Shown: positions 19,361-31,911, counted from the stretch's first letter. The stretch: DNA of 64,000 bases from Candidatus Poriferihabitaceae bacterium (GCA_965249835.1 CBDFMY010000003.1:1249979-1313978), one strand, 5' to 3'. The notes: generated by a model not told the origin, from the letters alone. Numbers and translations are program-made.

Positions 19361-20191
19361 ATGCGCTACGAGTTCACAAAAATGCAGTCCCTCGGCAACG
19401 ATTTTATCGTATTTGACGGCGTGTCCGATGAATTAAATGTGACTTCACAAATCGCTCGTCGCCTCGCTGACCGGCATTTCGGCATCGGTTGCGATCAGGT
19501 TCTGCTGGTGCAGCCCGACCACGATGGTGCCGGAGAATTTCTGTTCAGGATTTTCAATCACGATGGCAGCGAAGTGGAGCAATGCGGCAACGGTGCTCGT
19601 TGTCTCGCCCGTTTTCTGTCTGACCGCGGGCTGGCAACGGCTCCGACGATTCGGGCGCGAACCGAAACGCAAACCCTGACGCTGACTTTGAACGACGATG
19701 AGTCGGTCACGGTGGCCATGGGCGTGCCGGAGTTCACCCCGTCTAACATCCCGTTCCACGCCGAGCGTGCGGCGGACACCTACAGACTGGACTTGAATGG
19801 CGTTGACGCGGAAATTTCCGCGCTCGCGATTGGCAATCCGCACGCGGTGCGGCGCGTGGAAGACATCGCCCGGGCGCCGGTGGCGAGCGACGGGCCGCTG
19901 ATGGAAAATCATCCACGCTTTCCGGCACGGGTCAACGCCGGTTTTATGCAAGTCGTCGCCCGCAATCACATCCGGCTGCGCGTGCACGAGCGCGGCGTCG
20001 GCGAGACCCTGGGCTGCGGCAGCGGTGCCTGCGCGGCGGTGGCCACCGGAGTCAATCTCGGTTGGCTCGACCACCGCGTGAAAGTGTCGCTACCCGGCGG
20101 CGATGCCGAGGTGGAATGGCAAGGGCGCGGCCATCCGATTTTCCTGACCGGCACCGCCCACACCGTTTTTTGCGGCGGCATTGATTGGTAA
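19361..20191 (+). CDS. dapF: diaminopimelate epimerase
   Basis: FTKMQSLGNDF, catalytic Cys motifs QCGNGARC and GCGSGACA. Confidence 0.9.
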   Translation: MRYEFTKMQSLGNDFIVFDGVSDELNVTSQIARRLADRHFGIGCDQVLLVQPDHDGAGEFLFRIFNHDGSEVEQCGNGARCLARFLSDRGLATAPTIRARTETQTLTLTLNDDESVTVAMGVPEFTPSNIPFHAERAADTYRLDLNGVDAEISALAIGNPHAVRRVEDIARAPVASDGPLMENHPRFPARVNAGFMQVVARNHIRLRVHERGVGETLGCGSGACAAVATGVNLGWLDHRVKVSLPGGDAEVEWQGRGHPIFLTGTAHTVFCGGIDW

Positions 20192-20238
20192 AAATCAGTA
20201 CAATCAACCGGCCCAATCAACCGACCCGTCCTCCACCC

Positions 20239-20934
20239 ATGCCCAAATCCCGGGAAGTTGCGGATTACCTCAAGGCGCATCCTGAATTCTTTGCCGAGTA
20301 TCCGGATTTGCTCGCCGCCAACCTGCCGGCGGCAGCGGATGCCGTGCCTGCGCATAAACGCATTCACGAGCGGCAGGTGCAGGCGTTGCGCGAGCGTAAT
20401 CATCGCCAGCAAGCGCGGTTTGACCAGGTGTTGGACACCGCTCGAAGCAATCAGGATCTTGACTTCGGATTGCATCAAATCGCGGTTGCCTTGTTGAACC
20501 CGGATGATATGGATGCCAAAGACCCGACCGCGCCCGGAGCACTGGTGAAGTCCCGGTTTGATATGGATGAGGTGGCGATTTTTCTATCGGCCCCATTATC
20601 TACCAAGGCGAACGCGAAAAAATCCGGGCAAAAAACCAAACAAAAAATACCTGACGCGCAGGTGGACTACGAGCGACTCAGCCAACGCGTGGAACATCTC
20701 GGCAGCGTTTGCGATGACCGGGTGTCGAGCCAATTGGGCACGGCGTTGTTTCCGGATGCCGCCGCCATCGCCTCGTGCGCTTTCGTCCCCATCACCCACC
20801 AACAAAAACTATACGGCGTGATGGTGCTCGGCTCCGCCGACCGCGAACGCTTCCAACCCGACATGGGGGTGCTGATTCTCGACCGCCTCGGGCAATTGCT
20901 CGGTGCTTATCTGGCCGGACGCGGCTTGGTCTAA
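20239..20934 (+). CDS. DUF484 (YigA) family protein
   Basis: VADYLKAHPEFFAEYPDLL N-terminus, dapF-yigA-xerC synteny. Confidence 0.7.
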   Translation: MPKSREVADYLKAHPEFFAEYPDLLAANLPAAADAVPAHKRIHERQVQALRERNHRQQARFDQVLDTARSNQDLDFGLHQIAVALLNPDDMDAKDPTAPGALVKSRFDMDEVAIFLSAPLSTKANAKKSGQKTKQKIPDAQVDYERLSQRVEHLGSVCDDRVSSQLGTALFPDAAAIASCAFVPITHQQKLYGVMVLGSADRERFQPDMGVLILDRLGQLLGAYLAGRGLV

Positions 20935-20965
20935 GCGCGTCTCGAATGACTTGAACCAGTCAAAC

Positions 20966-21859
20966 ATGCAACCCACCGACCCCGTGCGTGAATTTCTTGC
21001 GCACCTCGCGCGCCATCGGCGGCTGTCTCCCCACACCGTGAATGCCTATCGCCGCGACCTTGGGCGGCTGGCTACGTTTGTCGAGACTGCCGCCGCCGGA
21101 AGTTGGCGCGATTTGTCCGCCAAACAAGCGCGTGCGTTTCCGGCAAAGTTGCATCAGTCGGGGCTATCCGGGCGTAGCATCGCGCGTATGTTGTCCGCCG
21201 CCCGGACGTTTTACCGCCATCTGATTAAAACCGGGGATGCCGCCTCCAACCCCTTTGATGGAATCAGTGCACCGAAGTCGGGACGCAGATTGCCGGCGAC
21301 CCTGAGCGTCGACCAGTTGGATGCGTTACTGGAGCAACACGATGGCAGCGTGTTGTCTATCCGCGACCGCGCCATGCTGGAACTTTTTTATTCCTCCGGA
21401 CTGCGCTTGTCCGAGTTGGTAGCGTTGGATGAAACCGCCATTGATTTCCAACAAAATCAAGTTATCGTCACTGGCAAAGGCAACAAGCAACGCATCGTTC
21501 CGGTCGGGCGCAAAGCCGCGCACGCGGTTTCGGAATGGTTGCCATGTCGCGCATCCATCGCCGCACCCGGCGAGGTCGCGCTATTCGTCAACAACAACGG
21601 CGCACGACTCGGCGCGCGCGGAATTCAATATCGACTTAATCGGTGGGCGAAACAACACGGTCTCGGGCAACGCTTGCACCCGCACATGCTGCGTCATTCC
21701 TTCGCCAGCCATGTGCTCGCTTCCAGCGGCGATTTGCGTGCGGTGCAGGAAATGCTCGGACACGCCGACATCGCCACCACCCAGATTTACACCCATCTCA
21801 ATTTCCAGCATCTTGCCAGGGTTTATGATAAGGCGCATCCACGCGCACGCAAGAAGTGA
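20966..21859 (+). CDS. xerC: tyrosine recombinase XerC
   Basis: [38 protein letters not shown] catalytic region. Confidence 0.9.
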   Translation: MQPTDPVREFLAHLARHRRLSPHTVNAYRRDLGRLATFVETAAAGSWRDLSAKQARAFPAKLHQSGLSGRSIARMLSAARTFYRHLIKTGDAASNPFDGISAPKSGRRLPATLSVDQLDALLEQHDGSVLSIRDRAMLELFYSSGLRLSELVALDETAIDFQQNQVIVTGKGNKQRIVPVGRKAAHAVSEWLPCRASIAAPGEVALFVNNNGARLGARGIQYRLNRWAKQHGLGQRLHPHMLRHSFASHVLASSGDLRAVQEMLGHADIATTQIYTHLNFQHLARVYDKAHPRARKK

Positions 21860-22044
21860 CGCTGCCCCATTTTTATTATGGTCGCAATGCTGTGTTGTGG
21901 TGCGTTGCGTTGCCGTTACTACAAACCATCATTGCCCATCATTGCCATGGGCGAACATCGTGCGATAAACTGCGCACGATTTTTTGCCCCGGTTTTGACG
22001 GATAATCGCGGGTGACTTTTACCTTTTTCTTCGGAGCATAGTTA

Positions 22045-24057
<2,013 letters not shown>

Positions 24058-24089
24058 GTTGAGAAAATCGCAATGTGGAGAGATTTGTC

Positions 24090-24557
24090 ATGACAGGAAA
24101 AATTATCAACCACCACTACACCGAATGCGGATTGCCGAATGTGTGGATTCGGTGTCGTCAGATAATTGATGATGCCGGAGAAAAGGCAATCATCATTTCC
24201 AATATCGGGAGTTTGCATAAATCAATCGCACACAAAATCGTAGTCGCCGATGGCGCTTTGACTGGTGCGGAAATAAAATTTCTGCGCTCCGAGATGGGTT
24301 GGACGCAAGCACAACTGGCCGAGATTGTGCACTGCCAACGGCTGACCATTTCCCGCTGGGAGAACGGCGAAAGCACAATCAACGGCGCGGCCGATTCATT
24401 CATCCGCATGCTGGCGATCGATAAACTAAAACTCAACAAACTCGCCGCGGAAAAGATCAGCCGCAAGTATAAAAATGTGAGTAACGAGAAATCTCGGAAG
24501 AAAATACCTATTCAAATCGGCGGAGTAAATGTAGCGCGTTGTCGGTTGGCGGCTTAA
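24090..24557 (+). CDS. XRE-family HTH protein, MqsA/antitoxin-like architecture
   Basis: C-terminal half [40 protein letters not shown]-terminal beta-rich domain without Zn cysteines. AT-rich. Confidence 0.6.
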   Translation: MTGKIINHHYTECGLPNVWIRCRQIIDDAGEKAIIISNIGSLHKSIAHKIVVADGALTGAEIKFLRSEMGWTQAQLAEIVHCQRLTISRWENGESTINGAADSFIRMLAIDKLKLNKLAAEKISRKYKNVSNEKSRKKIPIQIGGVNVARCRLAA

Positions 24558-24576
24558 GGATTAGTTGCGTGGAGTA

Positions 24577-24613
24577 GCGATTGTCAGTTTGGTGATTGCG
24601 CCGTTGTTGTAGG
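24577..24613 (+). repeat. 37-bp direct repeat, right copy
   Basis: Perfect copy of 24022-24058, 555 bp downstream. Confidence 0.95.
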
Positions 24614-24689
24614 CGGGGTTACATCATCTTTGATTTTCTGCTAATGTTTCCGTACGTAATATCAGCATTTCACCCATTGGAGATTCAAC

Positions 24690-24866
24690 ATGTTTTCCTT
24701 GTTTAAGAAAAAGCCAACAACGAGCAGTGCTCTTTCAGAGTTCATGCGCAATGCTTCTTCGCGGGAAAAAAAACGCGCGTTCAAAAAAATTATCGAAGAG
24801 TCAATCAAAGAACAGCAGAAAATCATCGATATGGCAGATCAGATGGATGCCGAAAAGCGCGCATGA
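24690..24866 (+). CDS. 58-aa Lys/Glu-rich protein (candidate antitoxin/partner), below ORF-track cutoff
   Basis: GGAG 8 nt upstream of the ATG. Encodes MFSLFKKKPTTSSALSEFMRNASSREKKRAFKKIIEESIKEQQKIIDMADQMDAEKRA. Lies directly upstream of the zeta-like gene. Confidence 0.45.
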   Translation: MFSLFKKKPTTSSALSEFMRNASSREKKRAFKKIIEESIKEQQKIIDMADQMDAEKRA

Positions 24867-24931
24867 TTTTCTCGTTGCGTTGACGGTTCAGGGAATATAG
24901 CCGACAACACCAGACACATGGACGATGGATA

Positions 24932-25630
24932 ATGGATAACGCCGAAGCGATTACTGCCCGGGCGGTGCAGTTCGCCAAAGATAATTGCAAGGAAATTACC
25001 CGACGGGCGATAGCAGGGTTTTCGCAGGAAAGTGATCCTGTTTCTATTTTTATGGCGGGTTCGCCCGGGGCAGGTAAAACCGAGGCTTCAAAAAAACTAT
25101 TAAAAAACCATGGTGATATATTGCGCATTGACGCTGACGAGTTACGCGAACATTTCAGGGAATGTGGTTACGATGGAAAAAATTCACATCTTTTTCAGAA
25201 AGCCGCGACCAGATTAGTGCATGAAATACATGACGCTGCCTTAAAAAGTAAAATCAGTTTTTTACTCGATGGCACTTTCGCCGGCGAACCCATGGCGAGA
25301 CAAAATATTCAAAGGTCATTGAAACGAGACCGAGATGTATTTGTTTTGTTTGTGTATCAATCCCCATTGACTGCATGGGTTTTTGTGCAAAAACGCGAAA
25401 AGGTGGAAGGACGACGCATACAACCACAAGATTTCGCGGAAAAGTTTTGCGCATCAAGAAAAGTGGTGAACAAGATGAAGGCGGAGTTTGGAAATAAAAT
25501 TGAATTGTCGCTGGTGCAGAAAAACATTGACGGCACCAACAAAATTTTTAAAGAGAGCATTCAACGAATCGATGATCATATTCCAGAAAAATACAGCGAA
25601 GAGCAAATACTGAAAGAAATTTTGGGTTAG
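24932..25630 (+). CDS. zeta-toxin-like P-loop kinase
   Basis: Walker A GSPGAGKTE, RIDADELRE, FLLDGTF. 232 aa, AT-rich. Confidence 0.65.
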   Translation: MDNAEAITARAVQFAKDNCKEITRRAIAGFSQESDPVSIFMAGSPGAGKTEASKKLLKNHGDILRIDADELREHFRECGYDGKNSHLFQKAATRLVHEIHDAALKSKISFLLDGTFAGEPMARQNIQRSLKRDRDVFVLFVYQSPLTAWVFVQKREKVEGRRIQPQDFAEKFCASRKVVNKMKAEFGNKIELSLVQKNIDGTNKIFKESIQRIDDHIPEKYSEEQILKEILG

Positions 25631-25644
25631 CGAGACTGATTATT

Positions 25645-26607
25645 ATGAACACAAAAATTGGGAAAATCCGCAAGGTTGCTTTGCGCGAACTCTGGAAAAG
25701 GGAGGATACAAACTTTACCCAGTGGCTCGAAGAAAACATCGATTACCTGACCGATGTCATTGGTTTCAATATCACCGTTGAATCGCGGGAAAAGAAGGTC
25801 GGGCCGTTCAGTGTTGATTTATATGGCGAGGACGATAATGGCGATAAAGTCATTATCGAAAATCAACTGGAAAAAACAGATCACACTCATCTCGGGCAAA
25901 TACTTACTTACCTGACAAACCTTGAGGCAAAGACCGCAATCTGGATTTCGAGCGATCCCGTTGAAGAGCATAAGAAAGCAATTGAGTGGTTAAATGAAAC
26001 GACCCCGGACGATATTTCTTTTTACTTGATACAACTGGAGGTTATAAAAATCGATGGCGAATCGGTGGCAGCACCTTTGTTCACTGTTATCAAGAAACCG
26101 AATATTGAAACTAAACAAATTGGGGATGAAAAAAAGAAATCCTCACATCGGCATACTTTGCTTTACAAATTTTGGGAGCAATTTATTGGAAAAATAAATG
26201 AAAAAAGTCCTATTTATCAAAATATCAGTCCAGGGAAGAACCATTGGCTACCAGTATCGCTTGGCATGAGTGGGGTAAGTATGAATCTGGTTGTGTCCAA
26301 CAGACAAGCACGGGCGGAAATTTACATTGACACAGGAGACAAGGAGAAAAACGAAATCATATTTGATTTTTTCTTTGACAAAAAAGAGCAGATTGAATCT
26401 GATTTTGCGGACAAATTAAACTGGAAAAAATTGGAAAATAATCAGGCTTCCAAGGTTGAACATCAATTAAATAATGTCAGCTTTTCCAACGAAGAAGACT
26501 GGAACAAAATGACTGATTTTTTGATTGATTGTGCCATCATAATGCATCAGGCATTTCAGAAACATATACCGGAAATAAAGGAAAAACTAAAAACCGGCGT
26601 GGCGTAA
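25645..26607 (+). CDS. PD-(D/E)xK-like nuclease domain + DUF4268-like C-terminal domain protein
   Basis: N-terminus VDLYGEDDNGDKVIIENQLEKTDHTHLGQILTY (D...E-x-Q/K with DH..LGQ..TY), characteristic of the DUF4268 family. Starts 14 nt after the zeta-like gene. Confidence 0.55.
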   Translation: MNTKIGKIRKVALRELWKREDTNFTQWLEENIDYLTDVIGFNITVESREKKVGPFSVDLYGEDDNGDKVIIENQLEKTDHTHLGQILTYLTNLEAKTAIWISSDPVEEHKKAIEWLNETTPDDISFYLIQLEVIKIDGESVAAPLFTVIKKPNIETKQIGDEKKKSSHRHTLLYKFWEQFIGKINEKSPIYQNISPGKNHWLPVSLGMSGVSMNLVVSNRQARAEIYIDTGDKEKNEIIFDFFFDKKEQIESDFADKLNWKKLENNQASKVEHQLNNVSFSNEEDWNKMTDFLIDCAIIMHQAFQKHIPEIKEKLKTGVA

Positions 26608-26623
26608 TTTTCATTGCACATTT

Positions 26624-26812
26624 TCACAACTCTTCCCCAACCACAAAATCAAAAACTCGATTCAACTCCAGCTCCACAATCAAATCATCCGCCGCTTTCC
26701 GACCATGTTCGCGCACGACTTCGGCGAGAATCAGTTTGGCCGAGTGGCGGTTATACGAGCCGCCGAAATCGACTTGCACCTGCAACAACTCGCGCGCTTT
26801 ATTCAGCGTCAT
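26624..26812 (-). CDS. small hypothetical protein downstream of the PFK gene
   Basis: 62 aa. Start overlaps the PFK stop (ATGA-type coupling). GC content is host-like. Confidence 0.4.
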   Translation of the reverse strand: MTLNKARELLQVQVDFGGSYNRHSAKLILAEVVREHGRKAADDLIVELELNRVFDFVVGEEL

Positions 26813-28062
26813 AACTTAAATACCGATGTTAGTTTTTTGGGTACCGGCGTGTTTTTTAATTGCACATAATCCGGCAAACTATTTTTATACGGCGGATAAT
26901 CTTCGCCCCGCATCAACGGCGCGAGGTATGCGCGACATTTGCGCGTGATGCCAAAACCATCTTTGTCGATAAAACTTCGCGGCATCATTTTTTCCACATT
27001 GGCAACGCGCCCCAGCTTGGCGGCGCCGATCTTCCAGCGATAGGGTTTGTTGCCGGTGCGCACGATGGTCGGCATCACCGCGTTATCGCCGGCCAGCGCC
27101 ATTTTCACCGCGGCCTTGCCGACCGCGTATGCTTGCTCCACATCGGTTTTTGAGGCGATATGCCGCGCCGAGCGTTGCATATAATCCGCCACCGCCCAAT
27201 GAAATTTGTAACCCAAATCTTGTTTGACCATATTGGCCACAACCGGCGCGACGCCACCTAACTGCGCGTGGCCAAAGGCGTCCACCAAGCCCTGATCGGA
27301 GAGAAGCCGGTCGCGCCGGTCGCGCACACCTTCGGAGACGACGATGGAAACATAGCCGTGTTCGCGTACCATGCGTTTCACTCGCGTCATGAATTTTTTT
27401 CGATGGAACGGAATCTCCGGGAACAACACGATAATCGGAATTTCGATGTCGTCGTCCGCCGCCATCGCGCCGGCCGCGGCGATCCATCCGGCGTGTCGCC
27501 CCATGACTTCCAGCACAAAAACTTTGGTCGAAGTTTTTGCCATGGCGGCGACATCAAAACTCGCTTCGCGCACCGACACGGCGATGTATTTCGCCACCGA
27601 ACCGAAGCCCGGACAGTTGTCGGTGATGGGCAAATCGTTATCCACGGTTTTTGGAATGTGAATCGCTTGTAGCGGATATTTCATGCGGCGTGATAATCGC
27701 GAAATTTTCAGGCAGGTGTCGGCGGAATCGCCGCCGCCGTTGTAAAGAAAATAACCAATGTCGTGCGCCGCAAATACTTCAATCAATCGCGCATACTCGC
27801 GCTCGCTTTCGCTTTGCAATTTATAACGGCACGAACCGAATGCGCCGGACGGCGTGTGGCGCAGTTTGCGAATCACGGCGGCGCTGATGCGTGATGTGTC
27901 GATCAAGTCTTCGGTGAGTGCGCCGATGATACCATCGCGCCCGGCAAACACTTTGCCGATTTTGTTTTTATGTTTACGTGCGGTTTCAATCACGCCGGCG
28001 GCGCTGGCGTTAATCACCGCCGTGACCCCGCCGGACTGCGCGTAAAAAATATTTCTTTTCAT
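26809..28062 (-). CDS. pfp: PfkA-family 6-phosphofructokinase, probably PPi-dependent
   Basis: FYAQSGGVTAVINASAAG, NGGGDSADT, MGRHAGW. Proximity to hppA suggests the PPi-linked form, but this was not proven from sequence. Confidence 0.75.
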   Translation of the reverse strand: MKRNIFYAQSGGVTAVINASAAGVIETARKHKNKIGKVFAGRDGIIGALTEDLIDTSRISAAVIRKLRHTPSGAFGSCRYKLQSESEREYARLIEVFAAHDIGYFLYNGGGDSADTCLKISRLSRRMKYPLQAIHIPKTVDNDLPITDNCPGFGSVAKYIAVSVREASFDVAAMAKTSTKVFVLEVMGRHAGWIAAAGAMAADDDIEIPIIVLFPEIPFHRKKFMTRVKRMVREHGYVSIVVSEGVRDRRDRLLSDQGLVDAFGHAQLGGVAPVVANMVKQDLGYKFHWAVADYMQRSARHIASKTDVEQAYAVGKAAVKMALAGDNAVMPTIVRTGNKPYRWKIGAAKLGRVANVEKMMPRSFIDKDGFGITRKCRAYLAPLMRGEDYPPYKNSLPDYVQLKNTPVPKKLTSVFKL

Positions 28063-28454
28063 GATTTTATGGATGCGCCGGTGCTACCGGAATCCACGCC
28101 GTGCCGCTCGCGCTCGTGGTCGGCTTGAGTTTGCAACACCGCGGCGACGCACTCATCAAGGTTGTCGTATTCATCGATTCCGGTGCCGTATTGTTCGTGC
28201 GGCGTATAGAAAAATTGCGTGCGATAACGTGTCGCGTCAATCTTGATCACCACAAAATTTGCATCACGCGCATGCCAATATACGGTCGGGCAACTGGTCG
28301 CGCCGGCATCATCAGGCGCGTCATCACGCTCGTCGTCATGCTCGTCCAGCAGCAATTCGCAATCGGCCAATTCAATTTCCACTGCCTGTTTATACCGCTG
28401 CATCAACATCTCGCGGATGATGTGAATTTCGGTGTCGGTAAACTCAGATGACAT
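28059..28454 (-). CDS. acidic hypothetical protein co-transcribed with the PFK gene
   Basis: 131 aa from MSSEFTDTE. Stop overlaps the PFK start. Contains a DEHDDERDDAPDD run. Confidence 0.45.
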   Translation of the reverse strand: MSSEFTDTEIHIIREMLMQRYKQAVEIELADCELLLDEHDDERDDAPDDAGATSCPTVYWHARDANFVVIKIDATRYRTQFFYTPHEQYGTGIDEYDNLDECVAAVLQTQADHERERHGVDSGSTGASIKS

Positions 28455-28584
28455 GTTCGGATGCCGTGATGACCGGGAAAAATTTACGAGAGCAGATTTT
28501 ACAATAATTTTTGCGATGCGGGTGAAGCGCATGGCGTGATATGGCATAAAATATCAGGGCATAAATGGAGAATGAAAAAGGCAA

Positions 28585-29241
28585 ATGAGTAATCTCGCGT
28601 TTCAACAAAGTTTATTTCCAACAGAAAACAAACAGTCGCATGATTGCACGCGGCTTGTCGTGCCGCCGGAACAAATATGGTGCCTGCGCGCCGGTGGCGG
28701 GGATTATATTTCGGATTTCATTACCTCGGAGGAAGAAACCGATTTGCTCGCCGCGGTTGATCGCGAGATTTGGAAAAACGATTTGCGACGGCGGGTGCAA
28801 CATTATGGCTACCGTTACGATTACACCGAGCGTAATATTACTGCTAGTGACCGGCTTGGCTCGTTGCCGATTTGGGTGAGAGAAATTAGCGAGCGCTTGA
28901 CGACAAAAAAAATATTTCAATCGAAACCCGATCAGTTGATAGTAAATGAATATCAACCGGGGCAGGGCATCGCGCCGCATACTGACCGCGATTGTTTTGG
29001 CGCGGTGGTTGCCTCGCTATCACTGGGTAGCGACTGCATGATGGAAATTACGCCGCATGGTAAAAACAAGCAAGATGATTTTAGTATTGTGCTACAGCGT
29101 CTGAGTCTGGTTGTGTTTCAGGGGCGGAGCCGAAATGTTTGGCGACACAGTATCGCGCCACGAAAAAGCGACCAGCAAGATGGATTCAAAATACCGCGCC
29201 AACGGCGTGTATCGCTCACCTTCCGCACCGTTGCAATTTGA
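28585..29241 (+). CDS. AlkB-like Fe(II)/2-oxoglutarate dioxygenase
   Basis: NEYQPGQGIAPHTDRD (H-x-D), WRHSI, RRVSLTFRTV. Confidence 0.7.
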   Translation: MSNLAFQQSLFPTENKQSHDCTRLVVPPEQIWCLRAGGGDYISDFITSEEETDLLAAVDREIWKNDLRRRVQHYGYRYDYTERNITASDRLGSLPIWVREISERLTTKKIFQSKPDQLIVNEYQPGQGIAPHTDRDCFGAVVASLSLGSDCMMEITPHGKNKQDDFSIVLQRLSLVVFQGRSRNVWRHSIAPRKSDQQDGFKIPRQRRVSLTFRTVAI

Positions 29242-29337
29242 GCGCACCTGCCCAGATTATGCTCCCTGGCATGCCCGGTGCTGACGAAAATGTAATCATC
29301 CGGTACATCAATACCGACTGCATAAGCTCAGATACTT

Positions 29338-29610
29338 TTGGCTCTCCTCAACCCAAGAGGAGATGCCATGCAAGTCCAGCATATTGGCTACGGAATAAGA
29401 GGGTTTTACCGCGTTGCCAAAATCGGGCATCGTTGGGACATGAACCCTCATGCCCAAAAACGAATCGACATCCTGCGCTTCTGGGAAGTGCACGGTACCG
29501 CCGCCACCTGCGATGCCTTTGCAGTCAGCCGCCGCACTCTCTACCGCTGGCAGCAAACACTCGCCCAAGCCGGTGGCGACCATGATGCGCACATCGTCCC
29601 ATTGACATAA
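29338..29610 (+). mobile_element. N-terminal HTH fragment of an rve-type (IS481/IS3-superfamily) transposase
   Basis: MNPHAQKRIDILRFWEVHGTAATCDAFAVSRRTLYRWQQTLAQAGG, then an early stop. No catalytic domain follows. Confidence 0.55.
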
Positions 29611-29785
29611 AACCCCGCGCCACTAAAAAAGTGTCTGGCTTCCACAGGAACAGCGATCTCATCCCCGATTTTCAGGTCATTTATAAGTCTGGATAATTTT
29701 TCAATGAGATATAACTTGGGATAGCAAATAAGAATTTAAATGTATTTCTGTTGCGCAATCTTAATTTCGAGACAATTCCAGGCTT

Positions 29786-30700
29786 CTAACAAGCCCTGGA
29801 AACAATCCACTTGCTGAAAGGCCGACAATAATTTCTGACTTGCGGGTTTTGTGATTGTGTCAGGTAGTAGCCGCACCCAGTCGCAATCTTGTCCTGAAAA
29901 GGCGCGACCAGCAACCCTTTTTCCAGCGCATCGCTGGTTAAAACGTTGCTGGCCAAGGTAAAACCGTTTCCGAGTTCCGCGGACTTTAACGCCAAGTGCG
30001 CGTGATTGTAATGGGGTCCATCTTTGGTTTCTATATTGGTTGCAAGGGAATGTCGCTTGGCGGCTACTGAAATCCAGTCTTGCCAGAAAACACCCACGTT
30101 GTCATCGTGAATAAGCGTGAAATTCGACAAATCAGTCACGTCGATTGATTTCACGTTTTGTATAATTTCAGGACTGCACACCGGAAATATTTCTTCCGGG
30201 AATAATAACCGCGTGTTATTAGTGTTTGCGATCGCGTTGTGTTTTTTATCAGTCATGAATAATATTCCCAAGTCGGCTTCCGATGAACGCAAGCTATCCC
30301 GAAAATCATATGTAACTATTTTTATGGCTATATCCGGGTGAAGCGCCTCGAATTCCGACAAACGAGGGATTAGCCAGCGCGATGCGAACGAGTCCGTAGT
30401 TTGTATGGTGATGATCGCTTTATTTTTACGGCGATCGATTTCACTATTGGAGAATTTCTCCAACAGATCTAGCAGAGAACCCAGTTCCAGCATATAACGA
30501 ATTCCAAAATCGGTCAGCTCGATCGCGCGAGTGCTCCGCTCAAACAGCTTAAGACCCAACCAGTCTTCAAGAAAACGCACTTGATGGCTTATTGCGGAAG
30601 AGGTCACGCACAACTCATCCCCAGCTTTTTTAAAGCTTTTATTGCGCGCCGCGGACTCGAAAGCCACGATGGCGTTTAATGGCGGAAGTCTCCTTCTCAT
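29786..30700 (-). CDS. LysR-family transcriptional regulator
   Basis: LNAIVAFESAARNKSFKKAGDELCVTSSAISHQVRFLEDWLG HTH. 304 aa, AT-rich. Confidence 0.85.
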   Translation of the reverse strand: MRRRLPPLNAIVAFESAARNKSFKKAGDELCVTSSAISHQVRFLEDWLGLKLFERSTRAIELTDFGIRYMLELGSLLDLLEKFSNSEIDRRKNKAIITIQTTDSFASRWLIPRLSEFEALHPDIAIKIVTYDFRDSLRSSEADLGILFMTDKKHNAIANTNNTRLLFPEEIFPVCSPEIIQNVKSIDVTDLSNFTLIHDDNVGVFWQDWISVAAKRHSLATNIETKDGPHYNHAHLALKSAELGNGFTLASNVLTSDALEKGLLVAPFQDKIATGCGYYLTQSQNPQVRNYCRPFSKWIVSRAC

Positions 30701-30952
30701 TAGTTATTTCTCATGGGTCGTTCATTAATATGTATTCCTGAGATTTATTCAGCGTCCGGTTGAGTTTTTATCGTTTGCAAGCGTTCGCCAAACCCCATTA
30801 CTATTTCACACAGCGTAAACATTATTCATTCTGAAACTCGTCGATGGGAAGAACCAGACCATGGAAGTTATCGCGCAGAAAAATACACGCATGAGGCTTG
30901 TTTTTTCATCATTGAGCGTATTTAGTTTTTGCGCACAAATGACATAACAGAA

Positions 30953-31909
30953 ATGAACACCTCCTCCGAAAATAAAAAAGACGACATTGTTCTCGGCGTC
31001 GGCATCATCATTGCGACCGTGTTCACCATGGCGTTCTCCGATGCCATCATCAAATATATCAGCGCGGACTTCCCCCTGTGGCAAATCTTTGTGGTGCGCT
31101 CGCTCGTGGCGATACCCGTTTTAATCGCCATCGTATTGTTCGCATCGCAAATATCCGACATCCGCCCGCGCTCGCTGAAATGGACGATCACGCGCAGCAT
31201 GTTGCTGGTGTTTATGTACATAGCCATCTACGCGGCAGTGCCATTGCTGCCTTTATCGGTCATAGCGGCGTCGCTTTATACCGGACCGATTTTCGTTGCC
31301 TTGTTTTCGGCCTTTCTCATCGGCGAGCCGGTCGGGACACGAAGATGGATCGCGGTTGTTCTTGGATTCATGGGGGTTGTTGTTATTCTCCGCCCGGACA
31401 CGGAGGCTTTTTCATTCTATATGTTGATACCGGTTATCGCCGGCTTGTTTTATGCGCTGGCGGCGATTATCACCAGAGCGAAATGCATCGATGAAAATCC
31501 GAAAATACTTGCCATCATGCTCAACTTATCGATTTTGATTATCGGATTGCTGGCGAGCGGCGTTGTTGTCTTGGCTCAGCCGCTACTCCGACACGGCATA
31601 ACCTATCCGTTCCTTCTCGGCAACTGGATTGCCATGCGGCCGCGCGAATGGGGCGTGATCGCGCTCTTGTCCTTCCTCATCGTCATCATCGGCATCGGCT
31701 TGGCGAAAGCGTATCAATCTGCGCCGCCGCCTATCATCGCCACTTTCGATTACACCTATCTGCTGTTCGCCGCCTGGTGGGGATTTTTGTTTTTCTCCGA
31801 AATCCCGAACCTGGAAACGATCATTGGAATGGTGATAATTGTTATCGCTGGCTTTCTTGTGATTGGTTCTGGTGTCAATAAAGGCGGACAACAAAGACGC
31901 GTCGGTTGA
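30953..31909 (+). CDS. DMT/EamA-family transporter
   Basis: About 318 aa, 10 TM, two EamA-like halves. Divergent from the LysR gene. Confidence 0.75.
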   Translation: MNTSSENKKDDIVLGVGIIIATVFTMAFSDAIIKYISADFPLWQIFVVRSLVAIPVLIAIVLFASQISDIRPRSLKWTITRSMLLVFMYIAIYAAVPLLPLSVIAASLYTGPIFVALFSAFLIGEPVGTRRWIAVVLGFMGVVVILRPDTEAFSFYMLIPVIAGLFYALAAIITRAKCIDENPKILAIMLNLSILIIGLLASGVVVLAQPLLRHGITYPFLLGNWIAMRPREWGVIALLSFLIVIIGIGLAKAYQSAPPPIIATFDYTYLLFAAWWGFLFFSEIPNLETIIGMVIIVIAGFLVIGSGVNKGGQQRRVG

Positions 31910-31911
31910 CT

